A stretch of DNA of 64,000 nt from positions 6,670 through 70,669 of the forward strand of contig CAWJRI010000016.1 in assembly GCA_963845175.1 (NCBI GenBank). Reading direction: 5' to 3'. The notes below the pieces were generated by a model, which searched no databases, was not told where the DNA came from, and was given only the letters and a program-made list of their open reading frames with translations. This document shows positions 61,948-64,000 of this stretch, in pieces (position 1 is the stretch's first letter; each line of letters opens with the position of its first letter). The translations under genes and the position numbers were made by a program. Source of the stretch: an uncultured archaeon. Lineage in GTDB: Archaea > Nanobdellota > Nanobdellia > Woesearchaeales > CAIVOO01.

Positions 61948-62337
61948 ATGCGCGGGCTACTTTTTCATATGGCTAATTTTGATGATTTCAAACCATATTC
62001 TTACAAGACCCATGGCAATTTGGAAGATTATTTAAAAACAAATTATGGAAGCAGCGCAGATAATCGTTTTTTAGGGCCTAATTGTTTTTTTATTATCAAG
62101 TGCAAAGAGCTTATGATTCCTGGCTTTACTTACGTAAGAGTGGATCGAAGCCCAGTGCCTGATATCAGTTATTTTGTAAATTCTGATTATTTATTAGAAA
62201 GCAGCGGCATTGGCGAATGGAACATGAGTTGCATTGGCGCAGAAAAAGGAGTCTATAAACCAAGAGAGGTATTAAAAAATCAAATATGGTCGATTTCTGG
62301 CTTGGACCTCTCAAAAATTATATTGTTAAAAAAATAA
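61948..62337 (+). CDS. hypothetical protein
   Basis: I prefer the ATG at 61948, ~30 nt after the TATA-like ctttataaatc. Low GC, no family recognised. Confidence 0.4.
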   Translation: MRGLLFHMANFDDFKPYSYKTHGNLEDYLKTNYGSSADNRFLGPNCFFIIKCKELMIPGFTYVRVDRSPVPDISYFVNSDYLLESSGIGEWNMSCIGAEKGVYKPREVLKNQIWSISGLDLSKIILLKK

Positions 62338-62348
62338 AAAAATAAAAA

Positions 62349-62684
62349 TCAGACTGCTTTGACTATTTTGCCGATTATCATCAAGACAAGGCCAAGCACA
62401 ATCAGCCAGAAGCCTGGGAATAACGGATTGTACAGCGAATTAAGCAGTGCAGCAACTCCAAGCACAAGCGCAATTCCGCCAACAAGGCAGAGCTTCATTG
62501 CCCAGATTTTTCTTCTTATTGCCTTCCTTATTCTTGGCAGGTCCTTCAGCTTGAAAGCAAGGTCCTTTAATTCAGCCTCTGCAAAGTTTGCAAGAAGACC
62601 AAGTACCTCTTCCTTATGCCTGCCCCAAAGCGCTTCAGCACTTTTCTTTATTTTAGATAATACATTTACTTTTTTTGCCATCAT
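62349..62684 (-). CDS. hypothetical membrane protein
   Basis: 111 aa with a charged N-terminal half and two C-terminal TM helices. Confidence 0.45.
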   Translation of the reverse strand: MMAKKVNVLSKIKKSAEALWGRHKEEVLGLLANFAEAELKDLAFKLKDLPRIRKAIRRKIWAMKLCLVGGIALVLGVAALLNSLYNPLFPGFWLIVLGLVLMIIGKIVKAV

Positions 62685-62730
62685 ATCACCTCTTTAACAT
62701 TTAATAAACAGAATGAGTTTTTAAATGTTA

Positions 62731-63330
62731 TTATTTCTTCTTATTCCTTCCCCTGCTTTCGACAATCTCCAGTCTCTTAAGAATTCTTTGCGCATCTGGA
62801 TAGGATTCTTTGTATCCTTCAATCGCCTCATTAAAGCACTCCTCAAAAATCTTATAGTGCTTTGATTCCAATGCTTGTTTCAGAAGATGCAAATCAACTG
62901 CCTTGTCTTCTTCCTTTTCAGAGAAAAAGCTCAGCCCGAAATCTATGAAATGAATTTCATTGCCAAGAATAATGTTTGATGTTGTCAAGTCGCCGTGAAT
63001 AATGTTGTTAGCATGCAGTTTTGCAACCTTTCTTCCGATTTCCCTGCTTAGTTTCCTGTGGTTTGTATGCAGAACTTCCTTCACCAGACTTCCTTTGACA
63101 TGGCTCATTGAAATCTTCATATTTTTGTCATCCATGCTTATCAGCTTCGGTCCAGGAAATCCAATTTCAGAAAGCTTTTCAATCACCTTTGCCTCGCGCC
63201 TTGTCCTGCACTTCCTCAGCTCCGCATCTATCTCAGGATGCCTGTATGTTTTCTCGAAGCGGTGCTTAACTACAGTCATTCCGTCTGAATAGATTACTGC
63301 TTCTGCGCCTTGGGCAATTATCTCCTGCAT
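62731..63330 (-). CDS. bud32: KEOPS kinase Bud32
   Basis: IAQGAEAVIY, RTRREAKV, HGDLTTSNIIL and IDFGLS. 199 aa, stand-alone (not fused to Kae1). Confidence 0.85.
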   Translation of the reverse strand: MQEIIAQGAEAVIYSDGMTVVKHRFEKTYRHPEIDAELRKCRTRREAKVIEKLSEIGFPGPKLISMDDKNMKISMSHVKGSLVKEVLHTNHRKLSREIGRKVAKLHANNIIHGDLTTSNIILGNEIHFIDFGLSFFSEKEEDKAVDLHLLKQALESKHYKIFEECFNEAIEGYKESYPDAQRILKRLEIVESRGRNKKK

Positions 63331-63716
63331 ACTCCCTCCATAATTGAATCATAAGCAGTTGCTAAAAGCAGTTCAAAATAACCAAAAGGATGGCCTTCGA
63401 AATTCTTTGGCGCTTTTAAATTAAATGTCTCCCTGCTGACTACATCGTTAATTCCATTTATTTTTCCAAGCTCAGCAAGCTTGTCTTTGTAGCCATCACT
63501 TACAAATATGGCTGCTCTCATTTTTGATTTTGCTGCGAGTCTTAAAACTAGTTTGTCTGTAAGCGCCTGCGTGGTGTCAAATTCGCTGAATGTGGTCAGC
63601 ATTCCGTTTTCCAGCGCAAAATACTCATCAGGCACATAGCCCAGCATATTCTTGACTTTGCTTCTTTTCCACAATTCTCCCATATCTCCCAAAATTGTAT
63701 AGTATGTCAAACTCAT
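63318..63716 (-). CDS. hypothetical protein, overlaps the bud32 start by 13 nt
   Basis: ATG at 63716 (MSLTYYTILG...). No motif recognised. Operonic with bud32. Confidence 0.4.
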   Translation of the reverse strand: MSLTYYTILGDMGELWKRSKVKNMLGYVPDEYFALENGMLTTFSEFDTTQALTDKLVLRLAAKSKMRAAIFVSDGYKDKLAELGKINGINDVVSRETFNLKAPKNFEGHPFGYFELLLATAYDSIMEGVCRR

Positions 63717-63800
63717 TTTAACTCCCTCCCAGAACACCCCTGAAACCTTGCTATATATGGTTATATTTAAATATTAGTATTTTAAGCGTACTTAATATAC

Positions 63801-63872
63801 AGCCCCGTAGTGTAGCGGCAATCATGTCAGGCTCTGGACCTGGAGACGGCGGTTCGAGTCCGCCCGGGGCTA
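63801..63872 (+). tRNA. tRNA-Gln (CTG)
   Basis: Manual cloverleaf: acceptor AGCCCCG/CGGGGCT, anticodon stem TCAGG/CCTGG with loop CTCTGGA, T-arm GGCGG-TTCGAGT-CCGCC, discriminator A. A TATA-like atatttaaatatt sits ~27 nt upstream. Confidence 0.85.
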
Positions 63873-64000
63873 TTTATTTGTTAATCTTATGAGGGCAATC
63901 AATTGCATTCTTATGCGGGTACTGTTTGCATAATTCAGGTCTGTTTTGATTATAAATCCCGCAATAATATCCTTGTTTATTTGTCTTTAAGTGCTTGCAA

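Overview
This is a compact archaeal chromosomal segment, roughly 90% coding, with many 1-8 nt start/stop overlaps and GGTGA-type Shine-Dalgarno sequences. The archaeal origin is clear from eL21, eS1, eS17, uL11, Rpo4, Rpo6, Spt5, SecE, Alba, thermosome, Pop5, the exosome subunits Rrp4/Rrp41/Rrp42, proteasome alpha and beta, aCPSF1, Elp3, SepF+FtsZ and Bud32. The lineage cannot be determined by eye. The K/E-rich protein tails, compactness and giant surface proteins are compatible with an uncultivated small-genome (DPANN-like) archaeon, but that is only an inference.

Main blocks:
- (1) 1-7.1 kb: cmk, FKBP, ftsZ-secE-spt5, ndk, uL11, dtdA.
- (2) 7.2-13.7 kb: an accessory cluster with two paralogous secreted fibre-like proteins built on GNVGIGT repeats, one carrying a phage-type S74 intramolecular-chaperone C-terminus. 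They bracket an unlisted AbrB-like small ORF and a beta-CASP nuclease.
- (3) 13.8-23.9 kb: Elp3, the DUF655-rpo4-eL21 cluster, sepF, and the classical exosome/proteasome superoperon (Pop5-psmA-SBDS-rrp4-rrp41-rrp42-rpo6-eS1). rrp42 is split by a 1-nt frame change.
- (4) 24.1-27.1 kb: an inserted cassette with an atypical radical-SAM-like enzyme (C-x10-C-x2-C) translationally coupled to an Hjc-like PD-(D/E)xK nuclease, plus a low-GC alkaline-phosphatase-superfamily gene. This is my best candidate for an undescribed system.
- (5) 27.2-33.6 kb: psmB, then aCPSF1 coupled to a FecR/CHASE2/class-III cyclase signalling pair.
- (6) 33.7-38.0 kb: a P-type ATPase and redox island.
- (7) 38.1-45.5 kb: tRNA-His, ogg, tpiA, alba, eS17, argS, PhoU.
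- (8) 45.7-60.7 kb: a large de novo purine operon (purB-C-E-D-Q-L-M-O plus asd, with purF nearby). purD is frameshifted in a G-run.
- (9) 60.7-64.0 kb: hisS, bud32, tRNA-Gln.

I recognised no rRNA, CRISPR array, transposase or integrase.
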